40,641 nt of DNA from a virus (IMGVR_UViG_3300008085_000056:1-40641), one strand, 5' to 3'; positions 1 through 10,750 are shown, numbered from the stretch's first letter. Numbers and translations: made by a program. Notes: generated by a model from the sequence alone, not told the origin.

Positions 1-393
1 AAAGATATTTATTTTATTTGTTTAGATATATTAAATGACCAAAAATATCATATGTTTTTGAAAGTTAGACATTGGGATAGAGATTTACCTAAAGATATAT
101 TAAGAGGTTTATATTTTTTATTAAAAGGATATGGTGTTGATAAAGAAACAAATCAAGAAAAAGAATTTGATACCGAATTATTAGAACAATTATATGAAGA
201 ATTAAATTCTAATTTTTTCCAATTGTTCTTCAAATCGATATTAGATTTTAAAAGAAAAGTATTAAAACAAGGAAACAATAATTATGGGCAGAACAAAAGG
301 GGCGCTAAACAAGAACAAGAACACAACGACTCAGACATCGAGGACAACGAAGCGAGTTGGAACGACACGTACTTACACAACTCAACTAGGTGA
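1..393 (+). CDS. hypothetical protein, probably 5'-truncated by the window edge
   Basis: Frame is open from base 1 through ATG 52 to stop 393; overlaps the terminase start by 110 nt; no recognisable motif. Confidence 0.5.
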   Translation, partial: KDIYFICLDILNDQKYHMFLKVRHWDRDLPKDILRGLYFLLKGYGVDKETNQEKEFDTELLEQLYEELNSNFFQLFFKSILDFKRKVLKQGNNNYGQNKRGAKQEQEHNDSDIEDNEASWNDTYLHNSTR

Positions 394-2062
394 AGCTGAT
401 ACTTCACATCCTGAATATATAAAATGTCAAGCAGACCCGATATATTTCATTGAAAAGTATGTTAAGATTCCTCATGTAATCAGAGGCTCGTTACCATTTA
501 TTTTATATCCATTTCAGATAGATTTGGTCAAAAAATTCTTTGACCCCGACTACCTATTGCATCAAATTGTCAAATCACGACAGTTGGGGGTATCTACATT
601 ATATTCTGCTATATCATTGTGGTTAATTACATTTTTCCCTACTAAAACCGTTGCGGTAGTAGCTACAGATAGAGATATTGCACGAGAGTTACATGATAAA
701 TTATTATTTGCGTATGATAATTTACCACCATTTTTAATGGTTAAATGGGCTAATAGAACAACTACAGTTTTAAAATTAAAAAATGGTTCACGTATTAAAG
801 CATATGCTTCACGTAAAAACTCAGGTATTCGTGGTATTGCAGCATCAGTATTCATCATGGATGAAGCTCACTTTATCGTTGGTGCTAATAAAATTTTCTC
901 TCAGATTGAACCTACATTAAACACAGGGGGTCAATTAATAGCATTATCATCTCCTGCTGAACCAACTGGGTGGTTTTACGAAACATATACCAACATTATA
1001 GCAGAAGATTCAGAGTTTAAATTAACTCAATTACCTTGGTTTGTCCATCCCGAAAGACAATTACCCGATGGTTCTCCTGATTGGGAATGGAGAAAAAAAA
1101 AAGATAGGACGATGGATAAACGTGAAGCATCACAGGAATATGATGCTGAATTTGGATTTTCACTTGATTCTTATTTTGACCCAGATTACATCAAACGTAT
1201 TGAATCAACTATGGTTCGTGAACCAATTCGAAAAGAAGGACATTTGTGGATATGGGAAGAACCACAACCCGACCAATCGTATATCGTTTCAGTGGATTGT
1301 GCCGAAGGTGGTAATGATAAGAATGTGGTTCAAGTAATTTCAGTTCCACAAATGGTTCAAGTGGCAGAATATGTTTCTAAAATCCATTATGAAGAGTTTG
1401 GGTGGATACCTGTGCCTATTGCACGAAGATATAATAGTGCATTATTAGTTATTGAAGCGAATGCCGTTGGTACCGCGATTGTTCAACGTAGTAAGGATTT
1501 GAGTTATCATAATATTTATATTCGTGGACAAGGTAAAGAGGGTAAAATTTTAGGTATTACTAAAAAAGATTTTGGTTGGAAAACAACTATGAAAACTAGA
1601 CCATTAATCATTAAACAGTTAGAACAATGTATTGAAGTTCCTGAAATAGATGAAGCATTACAAATACGTTCTGTTAGAACATTGACTGAAATTAAAACAT
1701 TTAAAATGATTAACGGTAAAGCACAAGCAGAAACTAAAAATAAAGCTACTGATGACTGTTTACTGGCACTTGGTATTGGTGTAACGGTATATAGTTTGCG
1801 TGGTGATATTACTATGAAAACTACTAGTACTGATACTATGGATGAATATTTAGGGATGTTAGCATTGGGTACTGCGAGAACAAAAGAAAAAATGGAAACA
1901 TATCTTTCAAAAAAAGAAACACCCGATGAAAATATGCTATCAGATAATATAAAAACACAGATTAGGATGATGGATTATTCTCAACAAGTTATGAGTTCGA
2001 TTATCCCAAAACATATGCAAAAAACTTATTCACATTTGCAATCTCTTATTATAAAACCTTGA
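284..2062 (+). CDS. terL: terminase large subunit (T4 gp17-like)
   Basis: DPIYFIEKYVKI, LYPFQ adenine-binding motif, Walker A KSRQLGVST, Walker B FIMDEAHF, coupling motif SSP, nuclease VSVDCAEG and DDCLLA; directly upstream of portal. Confidence 0.95.
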   Translation: MGRTKGALNKNKNTTTQTSRTTKRVGTTRTYTTQLGEADTSHPEYIKCQADPIYFIEKYVKIPHVIRGSLPFILYPFQIDLVKKFFDPDYLLHQIVKSRQLGVSTLYSAISLWLITFFPTKTVAVVATDRDIARELHDKLLFAYDNLPPFLMVKWANRTTTVLKLKNGSRIKAYASRKNSGIRGIAASVFIMDEAHFIVGANKIFSQIEPTLNTGGQLIALSSPAEPTGWFYETYTNIIAEDSEFKLTQLPWFVHPERQLPDGSPDWEWRKKKDRTMDKREASQEYDAEFGFSLDSYFDPDYIKRIESTMVREPIRKEGHLWIWEEPQPDQSYIVSVDCAEGGNDKNVVQVISVPQMVQVAEYVSKIHYEEFGWIPVPIARRYNSALLVIEANAVGTAIVQRSKDLSYHNIYIRGQGKEGKILGITKKDFGWKTTMKTRPLIIKQLEQCIEVPEIDEALQIRSVRTLTEIKTFKMINGKAQAETKNKATDDCLLALGIGVTVYSLRGDITMKTTSTDTMDEYLGMLALGTARTKEKMETYLSKKETPDENMLSDNIKTQIRMMDYSQQVMSSIIPKHMQKTYSHLQSLIIKP

Positions 2063-2092
2063 TTTTAAATAAAAAAAGATATAATTACATAC

Positions 2093-3739
2093 ATGGCAAT
2101 AAATAAACAAAATAACGATAATTTTCAATTATTTAAACGTTTAAGACGATATTTTTCGGGTAAGACGGTATTAATACCTACAAAAGATGGGGATAAATTA
2201 AAATTAAAATCTGTTAGTGGTGATAAAACCATTAATATGGCGTATGACCGATTATTTACTTTAAAAAATTCATCAGGTTATAATTCATTTATGAATAATT
2301 ATTCATCGAGAGTACAAAATAAAATGTTCTTGACGTATGAATACGATTTAATGGAACGTGACCCAATTATATCTCGTGCATTAACACTTTTAGCACAACA
2401 ATCTTGTTTAACAGATTTACAAGATGAAATGATGCATATCAATTGTGAAAACGAACGAGTTAAAGCATCATTAGAACATTTATTTTATCAAATCTTAAAT
2501 ATTGATACATTATTACCGATGTGGACAAGACAAATGCTTAAATATGGTGATTGCTACGTCTATTTGGACTTACAAGAGGGTATCGGAGTAACAGACGCAG
2601 TAACACTCGGTTCGGGTGATGTAGAGCGTATAGAGGACGAAACTAGAGGTGAAGTAACAAAATTTGTTATTCAAAATATATCAGAAGATTTGAACGAAGA
2701 ATTCATATTACACTTTAGACATGTGTTATCAGTAGAATTTTTACCATATGGAGTTTCATTATTAGAATCCATACGTAAATATTGGAAAATGATGACATTA
2801 TTGGAAGATTTTATGATGGTTTATTACCTATTACGCTCAGTAAATCAACGTGTATTTAAAGTTGATGTTGGTGCAATTGAACCACAGTCTGTACCAAATT
2901 TTATTGAACAGCTAAAGATATTATACAAGAAAAAACCATTGATTAATAGTGATACAGGTGATTATGATATGTTATATGACCCATTATCAGCTATTGAAGA
3001 TATTATTTTACCTGTTCGCGAAGGGTATGAAAATACAACATTTGATGAAATCCCTGCATCCAATGAGACAAATATTATAGAAGGTATTAATTTATTACGT
3101 CAGAAGTTAATGACAGGATTAGGGATTCCTAACTTTATTTTGAATTATGAAGAACAATTAAATTCTCGTGCAACCGCAGGTTCTGAGGATATTAGATTTG
3201 CACAAACTGTAGAATCTATTCAAGCAATCATGATTTCAGAATTGGAAAAAGTTGCAGTAACACATTTAATTCTACAAGGATTTTCTAAAAAAGATGTATT
3301 GTCGTTTACATTATCATTAACTGCACCATCAAATTTACATGAAGCAGAAAAATTAGATACATTAGAACGTATGACAGATGTTGCTTCATCTATGTTAGAA
3401 TCAGGATTTTTTTCAAGAGATTATTTATGGAGAGAAATTTTCAAATTATCTGATTCTGAGATTGAAACCATGAAAAAAGAAATTCAAAATGATAAAATTG
3501 ATGATAAAATTAGTGAAGATACTGTTTCATCTATCGAATTACCCGATGATTCAGAAGTTGGTACAACAGGTGAAGAATCTGATAATGGTGAAGATAAAGG
3601 ATTAGAACCTGCATCTACACCCGATGCAATTCAGAAAGATGCACCAACTGGTAGGGCAGAAGATTTGATGGGAGCAAGGAAACAAAGTTCAAATCCACCT
3701 GAAAGAAGGAACACTACAACATCAGATTTAGAAATTTAA
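2093..3739 (+). CDS. portal protein (T4 gp20-like)
   Basis: YDLMERDPIISRAL, KYGDCY, PYGVSLLE, LLEDFMMVY, RVFKVDVG, EDIILPVR, EDIRFAQTV; follows terL. Confidence 0.92.
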   Translation: MAINKQNNDNFQLFKRLRRYFSGKTVLIPTKDGDKLKLKSVSGDKTINMAYDRLFTLKNSSGYNSFMNNYSSRVQNKMFLTYEYDLMERDPIISRALTLLAQQSCLTDLQDEMMHINCENERVKASLEHLFYQILNIDTLLPMWTRQMLKYGDCYVYLDLQEGIGVTDAVTLGSGDVERIEDETRGEVTKFVIQNISEDLNEEFILHFRHVLSVEFLPYGVSLLESIRKYWKMMTLLEDFMMVYYLLRSVNQRVFKVDVGAIEPQSVPNFIEQLKILYKKKPLINSDTGDYDMLYDPLSAIEDIILPVREGYENTTFDEIPASNETNIIEGINLLRQKLMTGLGIPNFILNYEEQLNSRATAGSEDIRFAQTVESIQAIMISELEKVAVTHLILQGFSKKDVLSFTLSLTAPSNLHEAEKLDTLERMTDVASSMLESGFFSRDYLWREIFKLSDSEIETMKKEIQNDKIDDKISEDTVSSIELPDDSEVGTTGEESDNGEDKGLEPASTPDAIQKDAPTGRAEDLMGARKQSSNPPERRNTTTSDLEI

Positions 3740-3808
3740 TAAAAAAATTAATTAAATATGAAAAATATAATAATTAAATGTACAATACTAAATTTTATTT
3801 AAGAGAAA

Positions 3809-4666
3809 ATGAGCAATATAAAACATTCGAAATATAAAAACACGTATCTATTGTATGAATTTTTAATTCGTCAAACTACGACGGATATTATTAATGGTAC
3901 TACATTAGCTGATAGTTCTGCTTTCAAATTAATAAAGGAACATTTTTCCAAAGGAATATTGAAGAAAGAACTTAAAGTATATAATACTTTATTAAAAGAA
4001 TCTGTTATTACAGAAGATGATAAAAGTGCAGGAGATTTTCTTTTAAATGAAATTTGTGATTTTCACAATTCATTAAATCAAAATCTATTAAATAGAGCTA
4101 AATACAATTTAGTTAAAGAAATTAAGAGAAAATATCAATTGGAATCATTAGTAAATACTAGAATTCCTGAGTATAAAGATAGTGCAACTGTTTATCTATT
4201 CTTAGAAGCTAATAGAAAAAAAGATTTTTTATCTAAAACTAAATTTAGAAAACCAATATTAGAAACACTTAGTAAAAGAAAATTGGTTGAATCTAAACAA
4301 ATTGCTGATATTTTTGAAGGATATGATTCTGATGAAATTAAATTAGCATATCATATTTTAGTTAAAAGATTCAATACAATAGTAGAAAATAAATTGAATG
4401 AAAATCAGAAAAAATTTATTAAAGATTTTATTTATCAAACAACTGATGAATCTGAATGGGTAAATAATCATGTTGTATCGATTAAAAAATCATTGACCGA
4501 ATCTGCTAAAAGATTAACTTCAAAAACAGATAATGAAAAAATATTAAAGTTAAAAATTAATGAAGTGACAACCAATCTTCAAATGTTAGAAAAAAAGAAA
4601 ATATATTCAGATTCTGATTATGAAAAGATTTTACTTTATTATCAACTATTAGAGGAGTTAAAATAA
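3809..4666 (+). CDS. hypothetical head-module protein
   Basis: 285 aa ORF between portal and prohead protease, starting KHSKYKNTYLLYEFL; no functional motif recognised. Confidence 0.7.
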   Translation: MSNIKHSKYKNTYLLYEFLIRQTTTDIINGTTLADSSAFKLIKEHFSKGILKKELKVYNTLLKESVITEDDKSAGDFLLNEICDFHNSLNQNLLNRAKYNLVKEIKRKYQLESLVNTRIPEYKDSATVYLFLEANRKKDFLSKTKFRKPILETLSKRKLVESKQIADIFEGYDSDEIKLAYHILVKRFNTIVENKLNENQKKFIKDFIYQTTDESEWVNNHVVSIKKSLTESAKRLTSKTDNEKILKLKINEVTTNLQMLEKKKIYSDSDYEKILLYYQLLEELK

Positions 4667-4869
4667 TGATGCTCGAAAAAGAAACTTTAGAAGAACTTTC
4701 ATCAACGGGAAATGTAGCAGGTGTCCATACAAAAAATTTCATTGGGAAATCTGATACAAAACCTATGGAAAAAAATGGATATACAAAGTTAAAAGAAGAA
4801 TTATTTTCTAAAAAACTTAAAGAGATAAAAGAAGAATTAGATATTATACGAAAACAATTTAATACATAA
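4666..4869 (+). CDS. small hypothetical head-module protein
   Basis: 67 aa, translationally coupled to the previous ORF (TAATG overlap); LEE-LSSTG could be a protease cleavage site. Confidence 0.6.
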   Translation: MMLEKETLEELSSTGNVAGVHTKNFIGKSDTKPMEKNGYTKLKEELFSKKLKEIKEELDIIRKQFNT

Positions 4870-4875
4870 ACTAAA

Positions 4876-6528
4876 ATGCCTGAATATTCACAGAAACATG
4901 TTTTAAAAGACGAAGCTTTTGTTGCAAAAGTAAACTATACCAATGCAGAATTACTTCGAAAAATAGAATTAGATGAACCAATCTTCTTAACAGTTTTATT
5001 ACAAGCATATGATAAAAAAAATGCTAATGGTAGGATATATCCCAAAGATGTTTTAACTCGTGAAGTTCAAAAATATCAAAAGCTTATAAAACAAAATACT
5101 GCTATTGGAGAATTAGACCACCCTTGCTTTGATGAAAACGTTGATATATTAACATTAGACGGGTGGAAACCGATTGTCGATATTTCCGAAGATGAAGTAG
5201 TATTAACATTTAATATGGATACCAAAAAATATGAATATCAACATATAACAGAAAAAATTGTTGAACATCACGTGGGTAATATGATTAGATTAAAACATAA
5301 AACGTTAAATATGTTAGTAACACCAAATCATAAATTTGTATTAAAAGGTAGAAGTGATAGTACACAAAAAGATAAATATGAATTGATTGAAGCGAGAGAA
5401 TTACAAAATAATAGAAAAAAACGATTGATTAGAACAGAGTCCAATTGGGACGGGTTTCATAAAGAAGTTTGGACATTGGGTGATATTTCTATACCAATGA
5501 GTGATTTTGTTGCATTTATGGGAATATTTTTATCGGAAGGTCATACATCAAATTATACTGATAATGGACATTATACATTTGGGATATCTCAGAAAAAAAG
5601 TAATAATGTTATTAAAATAAAGGAATTATTAGATAGATTACCATTCAATTTTTCATATAGTGGTAATATGTTTACAGCAAATAATAAAAAAATGTGGACT
5701 TATTTAAAACAGTTTGGACAAGCATATGATAAATTTATACCTGCTGATTTAAAATTATTAAATCCTAATTATTTACAAATATTGTTTGATTGGCTGATGA
5801 TAGGTGATGGGACAAGAATTAACACGGTAAAAAATAATGTTAACCGTTATTATAGTACTTCAAAAAAATTAATAGATGATGTACAAGAAATATTATTTAA
5901 ATTAGGTTTTGCATCATCTATAGTAATACAAAAACAAAAAGATAGATTTATTGAAGGTAGATTAATAAAAGAAGAAAATTCTAATGATATATATCGTTTG
6001 ACAGTATATAAAACCAATTATTTACATAATGATAAAAGAAATCTATCCATAACGGAAGAAGAATATGATGGTAAAATATATTGTGTTACAGTTCCTAATC
6101 ATACTATCGTTGTGCGAGATAATCAAAATAAAAGTATTATAATTTCAGGTAATTCTGAAAGAGATATTATCGAGTATAAAACTGCATCACATAAGATAAA
6201 CAAATTGTGGTGGGAAGGAAGTGAATTATGGGGTACTGTTGAAATTTTATCAGGAAAACATTTTCCGATGGCTAATATTTTAAGAGGGTGCTTATTACAT
6301 AATATCCCGATAGGGTTCTCTTCAAGAGGATTAGGTTCTGAATTAGATATGGGTAATGATACTGTACAAGTTGATGAAGATTTTGATTTAATAGGATGGG
6401 ATGCAGTAACACAACCTTCAACATTTGGTGCATTTGCATATATTGCCGAATCAACACAAAAAGCACGTGATAAATATGCAAGTAAAATGAAATCAATAAA
6501 CAAATTAATCTATCAAATTTTAAATTAA
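4876..6528 (+). CDS. prohead core protease (T4 gp21-like) interrupted by an intein
   Basis: KNANGRIYP, GELDHP, ASHKI, IGFSSRGLGS, WDAVTQPSTFGA. Confidence 0.93.
   Translation: MPEYSQKHVLKDEAFVAKVNYTNAELLRKIELDEPIFLTVLLQAYDKKNANGRIYPKDVLTREVQKYQKLIKQNTAIGELDHPCFDENVDILTLDGWKPIVDISEDEVVLTFNMDTKKYEYQHITEKIVEHHVGNMIRLKHKTLNMLVTPNHKFVLKGRSDSTQKDKYELIEARELQNNRKKRLIRTESNWDGFHKEVWTLGDISIPMSDFVAFMGIFLSEGHTSNYTDNGHYTFGISQKKSNNVIKIKELLDRLPFNFSYSGNMFTANNKKMWTYLKQFGQAYDKFIPADLKLLNPNYLQILFDWLMIGDGTRINTVKNNVNRYYSTSKKLIDDVQEILFKLGFASSIVIQKQKDRFIEGRLIKEENSNDIYRLTVYKTNYLHNDKRNLSITEEEYDGKIYCVTVPNHTIVVRDNQNKSIIISGNSERDIIEYKTASHKINKLWWEGSELWGTVEILSGKHFPMANILRGCLLHNIPIGFSSRGLGSELDMGNDTVQVDEDFDLIGWDAVTQPSTFGAFAYIAESTQKARDKYASKMKSINKLIYQILN
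5125..6153 (+). mobile_element. intein with LAGLIDADG-type homing endonuclease (343 aa) in prohead protease
   Basis: Begins CFDENVDILTLDGWK after GELDHP; block B VTPNHKF; endonuclease motifs FMGIFLSEG and WLMIGDG; ends IYCVTVPNH...ISGN followed by Ser. Confidence 0.92.
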
Positions 6529-6529
6529 A

Positions 6530-7753
6530 ATGGCTGATATAAACAACGTTAAAACCCCAAAACCAACTGTAGATACACCCGATGTATTTAATATGCATTT
6601 TATTAAATTCCTAACTAAATCAGGTTGGTCTGATGAAGATATTCGTGAAGAATTTATTGCATTAATTAACAGTATTGTATTATCTACTAAATATAATCCT
6701 GCTTTACAAAAAAGAATGATTAGTTTTTTACAAACTGCAACTAAAACGTTGAATATAGAATTAAACAAATTGGAACTACAGAATAATGATAGTATTGTTA
6801 CCGTGGATAAAGACCAAATTACAAATGGTAATAAAGTAGTTTCAGAAACTAAAAATCGTGTTAAAGAAGGGTTTGCACCAAATGCAGTAGCAAATGATTC
6901 AACATCTATGTTAAATGATTTAAAAAATTATTTGTCGCAATTTAAAACAGATATGTCTTCGATGGGTGCTGATGAAAATCAGATTACTAAATTTGTAGCA
7001 TTGGCATTTAAAGGAACTGATGATAAAAAAGATAAACAATACTTATTAGATAATATTAAAAGAAAATTGGAAGCTTGTCAAAAAAGTTATATGGAAAACA
7101 ATAAACATTCTATAACTGAAAAAGATGATACAGAAACCGATAAAAAAGATGAAAAAGTTCCTGAAGAACAAGGTATAAAATTAGCAAAACCGACTGTGGA
7201 AAAACCTAAAGATGTACCGAATGAAAAAGTATCATCCAAACCTATTGAAAAACAACAACCAAAACAAGTAGAACCACCAAAAAAGGTAGAACCACCAAAA
7301 GAACAATCGGCAACTGAAAAAGGTGATGATGAAGTTAATTCTCTTACTAATGATGAAAAAGATGTTAAAATTAATACTTCGAGAACATTCTTAAAAAATT
7401 ATTTAATAAATGATTTGGGTTGGTCTGTTGATGGGGTGGATGGAATTATTGAATCGTTATTTGGTATACTTGCTAAAGGTAAAGGAAATCTAGATAATCA
7501 AATTACATTAAATAAGAAATTAACACAAATTGAAAAATTATTAAAAAAATCTTATTCGAATGAAATAATAAAATTAGCTAAGTCTAAAAACTTTTCTATT
7601 TCTATGAATAATATTAAGACATTAGCAAGATTATATTATGAATGGAATACTAAAGAATATAATACATTTAAAAATAAAATGTTGAATATATTTAGTATTG
7701 GTAAATCTGCATCAACACAGACTACTATTAACAAACTATTAACTAAAATATAA
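6530..7753 (+). CDS. hypothetical protein, possibly an internal head protein
   Basis: 407 aa with a Lys/Glu/Pro-rich linker (VEPPKK repeats); lies in the head module. Confidence 0.7.
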   Translation: MADINNVKTPKPTVDTPDVFNMHFIKFLTKSGWSDEDIREEFIALINSIVLSTKYNPALQKRMISFLQTATKTLNIELNKLELQNNDSIVTVDKDQITNGNKVVSETKNRVKEGFAPNAVANDSTSMLNDLKNYLSQFKTDMSSMGADENQITKFVALAFKGTDDKKDKQYLLDNIKRKLEACQKSYMENNKHSITEKDDTETDKKDEKVPEEQGIKLAKPTVEKPKDVPNEKVSSKPIEKQQPKQVEPPKKVEPPKEQSATEKGDDEVNSLTNDEKDVKINTSRTFLKNYLINDLGWSVDGVDGIIESLFGILAKGKGNLDNQITLNKKLTQIEKLLKKSYSNEIIKLAKSKNFSISMNNIKTLARLYYEWNTKEYNTFKNKMLNIFSIGKSASTQTTINKLLTKI

Positions 7754-7762
7754 GAGGTCTAT

Positions 7763-7981
7763 ATGGCAATTGGCGTAAAAGTCAGAAATAACAATTTAAA
7801 TGAAGCACTAAAAATTTTTAATAAAAAAGTGTATGATTCAGAATTAATGTTGGATTATAATGAGAAAAAGTTTTTCCAAAGTAAATCAGAAAAACGTAAT
7901 ATAATCAAATCTAAACATAGATATACAAAAAAAATACGAAAAAGATTAAAGAATTCAAAAATTTCTTTGATTATAAAATAA
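7763..7981 (+). CDS. rpsU: phage-encoded 30S ribosomal protein bS21
   Basis: 72 aa basic protein: VKVRNNNLNEALKIFNKKV...NEKKFFQSKSEKR matches the bS21 pattern V.V...le.ALk.Fkkk...r..fekpSe.r. Confidence 0.8.
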   Translation: MAIGVKVRNNNLNEALKIFNKKVYDSELMLDYNEKKFFQSKSEKRNIIKSKHRYTKKIRKRLKNSKISLIIK

Positions 7982-8150
7982 AAAAGCTATACTTAATATA
8001 CAGATATTAAAAAATTAGTGTTACATCAAGCACATCTAAAAAATAACACTATAAATTTATAAAGGCACTTCTTATAAACTAACATAATTTAGTTTTTTAT
8101 CCTTTTAATAATATTAATTTATATTAAAAAAAACAAAAGCCAATAAGGAT

Positions 8151-8186
8151 AACAATATGAAAACAAACAATATGAAAACAAACAAT
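8151..8186 (+). repeat. 15-bp tandem repeat (2.4 copies) at the scaffold start
   Basis: aacaatatgaaaaca x2 + aacaat, giving MKTNN-MKTNN and in-frame ATGs at 8157 and 8172. Confidence 0.85.
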
Positions 8187-9134
8187 AAAAAACCAATTGA
8201 TAGCTCTCTTTTAATTAAAAAAGCATTGGTTGAAGCACGTAGACTAAAAGCATCTGCGGAAGAAATGGTGAAAAAAGAGATTCTTGAATCTATTGCACCA
8301 TCAGTTAAACAAGCATTAAACTCTCAACTTGCAGAAATGGACTCATTTGAGGATGAAGAAATGAATGAAAACGATGATGAAATCATTGAGGATGAAGATG
8401 GATTCGGTGACGAATTTGTTGAAGAAGCCGAAGGTGAAGAAGACGTAGAATTTGAAGATGAAGAATTTTCATCAGAAGAAGAAAGCGTTGAAGACGTTGA
8501 AGACATCGAACTTCCTGAAGAATCAGAAGAAGAAGTTGTTGAAGAAAGTGAATCACCAGAAGGTGAAGATGATGATTTAAAAGCATTCATGGAAGAATTA
8601 AAATCATTAATGGGCGAAGCAGAAGAAGCTAGTTCAGAAGATGATGATGAAGAAGTTGAAGACGAAGAAACACTTACGGAAGGTGAATCTTGTGATGATG
8701 AAGAAGAAAAACTTGACGAATCTAATAAAACGGGTGGAATCAAATTTGAGGCTCTAGTTAAGGAAAACAGAAAACTTAAAAGAGACTTAAATAAAGTATT
8801 TAGTATTATCTCAGAAACTTCAATGGACATGTCTCGTGCGAAAGCATATACATCATTAGTAAAATCTAGAAAACTTACTGAAACTCAGAAATTGAGAATC
8901 ATGAAACAGTTAGATACTGCTAAAACTGAGAGGGATATCAGACGTATTAGTGAATCTATTTCCGCAGTTACGACATCGGTAAATACACCAAAGAAAAAAA
9001 CTAATATTGCAGAAAATAAAAAAGTAGTTGGTAAATTTTCAAAACCTATCAGAACTAGCTTGAAAGAAAACCGTAAACCTGTCGTAGGTTATGACTTTGC
9101 AGACAACTTAGCTCGTCTTGCAGACATCAAATAA
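8157..9134 (+). CDS. prohead scaffolding/core protein
   Basis: Very acidic central region with coiled-coil termini; immediately upstream of major capsid; many (L/I/V)xE sites. Confidence 0.8.
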   Translation: MKTNNMKTNNKKPIDSSLLIKKALVEARRLKASAEEMVKKEILESIAPSVKQALNSQLAEMDSFEDEEMNENDDEIIEDEDGFGDEFVEEAEGEEDVEFEDEEFSSEEESVEDVEDIELPEESEEEVVEESESPEGEDDDLKAFMEELKSLMGEAEEASSEDDDEEVEDEETLTEGESCDDEEEKLDESNKTGGIKFEALVKENRKLKRDLNKVFSIISETSMDMSRAKAYTSLVKSRKLTETQKLRIMKQLDTAKTERDIRRISESISAVTTSVNTPKKKTNIAENKKVVGKFSKPIRTSLKENRKPVVGYDFADNLARLADIK

Positions 9135-9163
9135 TTTAACAATAACAAATAAATTTAAAAAAT

Positions 9164-10750
9164 ATGAATAAATTTCAATCATTCCTTAATGAAGCAGTCA
9201 AAAGACATGAACCTGCATCTAATAATGTCGTTGCAAAACGCCTTGTAGAAACATGGAAAAAAACCAAACTTTTAAATGGTTTGTCTGAAAAAGACGCTTC
9301 CGATTTAGCTATGTTGTTACAAAACCAAGCTAAACAATTATTAAAAGAAGCATCCCGTACTTCTACCGCTGCTGGTTCAGAAGAATGGCATGATATTGCT
9401 CTTCCTGTAGTACGTAAAGTATTCGTAGAAGGTAATGCTAAAAAATTGATTTACACACAATCGATTGATAAACCAACAGGTGTTGTATTCTTCTTGGATT
9501 TCCAAGTTAATGATAATAAACCATCCGCAGGAAGTATCTATAATGCTGAAGAATCAGTTTATGGTACTACTAATGGTGCAAGTGACCCATCAGGTGGTTT
9601 CTACGGTGCAAATCGCTTCAGTTATTCTATGAACTATCAATCTTCTCAAGTTCTTGCAACTACAGGTAGTACTAGTGCAACATGGGACGAATTAGGATAT
9701 AGAGAATCATTATCAGCATCAGTTGCAGCAGGTACAATCTTTAAATTGACTGTTCCTACTTCACGATTATCAGACCCTGATAATTTAGCCCTTGCTTCTT
9801 TTGTATTTAACACAGGCTCACATGTTGATGCCGTATTACGCGATTATACAAAAATTTCAGGTGAAAATTATGTATTCTATTACACATCAGGTTCAGCAGG
9901 TACAGTTCCATCAGGTTCTATTGTAAATGTATCTTATACTAAACAACCTACTCCTGGATATAGAGGTGATTTTGAATCAGGTCAAGCAGGTGTTAGTTTA
10001 CCAACCGAATTGAATATTAAACTAACAAACACTACTGTAGTAGCGAAAACTCGTTGGTTAAAATCTCAAATGACTCCTGAATTAATCCAAGACTTAAAAG
10101 CATATCACACAATGGATGCTCAAAAAGAAGTGGTTAATATCATGTCTCAGTTCTTAACACAAGAAGAAGATTTGGAAATTCTAGAAATGTTATCTCAAGC
10201 AGCTCCAATCAAAAAATATTGGTCTGCACAAATTGGTAGATTCGTAAATGCAACAGATGGTACAACAGATACCAACCAAGCAACATTTACATTATCTCCA
10301 TCGGATTGGTATCGAACTTTAGGTATTCGTATGAACGAAGTAGCGTATGAAATTCAAAAAAGAACTATGCGTGGACGTGCGAATTGGGCAGTTGTTTCTC
10401 CAAAAGTTGCAGCTTTAATCCAATCATTCGAAACTTTCCGTTCTAATGAATCACCTGAAAATACTTACACAGTAGGTTTACAAAGTGTTGGTTCTATTTC
10501 TAACCAATATAAGGTTTACTCAAACCCATATTGGAAAGAAAATGAAATCTTATTAGGTTTCAAAGGAAGTAGCTTCTTAGACTCAGGTGCAGCATATCTG
10601 AATTACATTCCATATATGATGACTCCACCTATCACATCTTTCCAAGATGCTTCTATTCACCAATTCATTCAAACTCGTAACGCCAAAGTTGTTACTCGTC
10701 CTGAATTCTATGCAAAAATCTTGGTTCAAGATTTAGCATCATTCGGTTAA
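9164..10750 (+). CDS. major capsid protein (T4 gp23-like)
   Basis: LLQNQAKQLLKE, LPVVRKVF, PTGVVFFLDF, AKTRWLKSQMTPELIQDLKAYH, GFKGSSFLDSGAAYLNYIP, RPEFYAKI. Confidence 0.95.
   Translation: MNKFQSFLNEAVKRHEPASNNVVAKRLVETWKKTKLLNGLSEKDASDLAMLLQNQAKQLLKEASRTSTAAGSEEWHDIALPVVRKVFVEGNAKKLIYTQSIDKPTGVVFFLDFQVNDNKPSAGSIYNAEESVYGTTNGASDPSGGFYGANRFSYSMNYQSSQVLATTGSTSATWDELGYRESLSASVAAGTIFKLTVPTSRLSDPDNLALASFVFNTGSHVDAVLRDYTKISGENYVFYYTSGSAGTVPSGSIVNVSYTKQPTPGYRGDFESGQAGVSLPTELNIKLTNTTVVAKTRWLKSQMTPELIQDLKAYHTMDAQKEVVNIMSQFLTQEEDLEILEMLSQAAPIKKYWSAQIGRFVNATDGTTDTNQATFTLSPSDWYRTLGIRMNEVAYEIQKRTMRGRANWAVVSPKVAALIQSFETFRSNESPENTYTVGLQSVGSISNQYKVYSNPYWKENEILLGFKGSSFLDSGAAYLNYIPYMMTPPITSFQDASIHQFIQTRNAKVVTRPEFYAKILVQDLASFG

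Noticed and set aside
8324-8830. Ser-rich minus-strand ORFs (also 24703-25008)
   Set aside because: Antisense shadows of GAA/GAT-rich acidic coding regions
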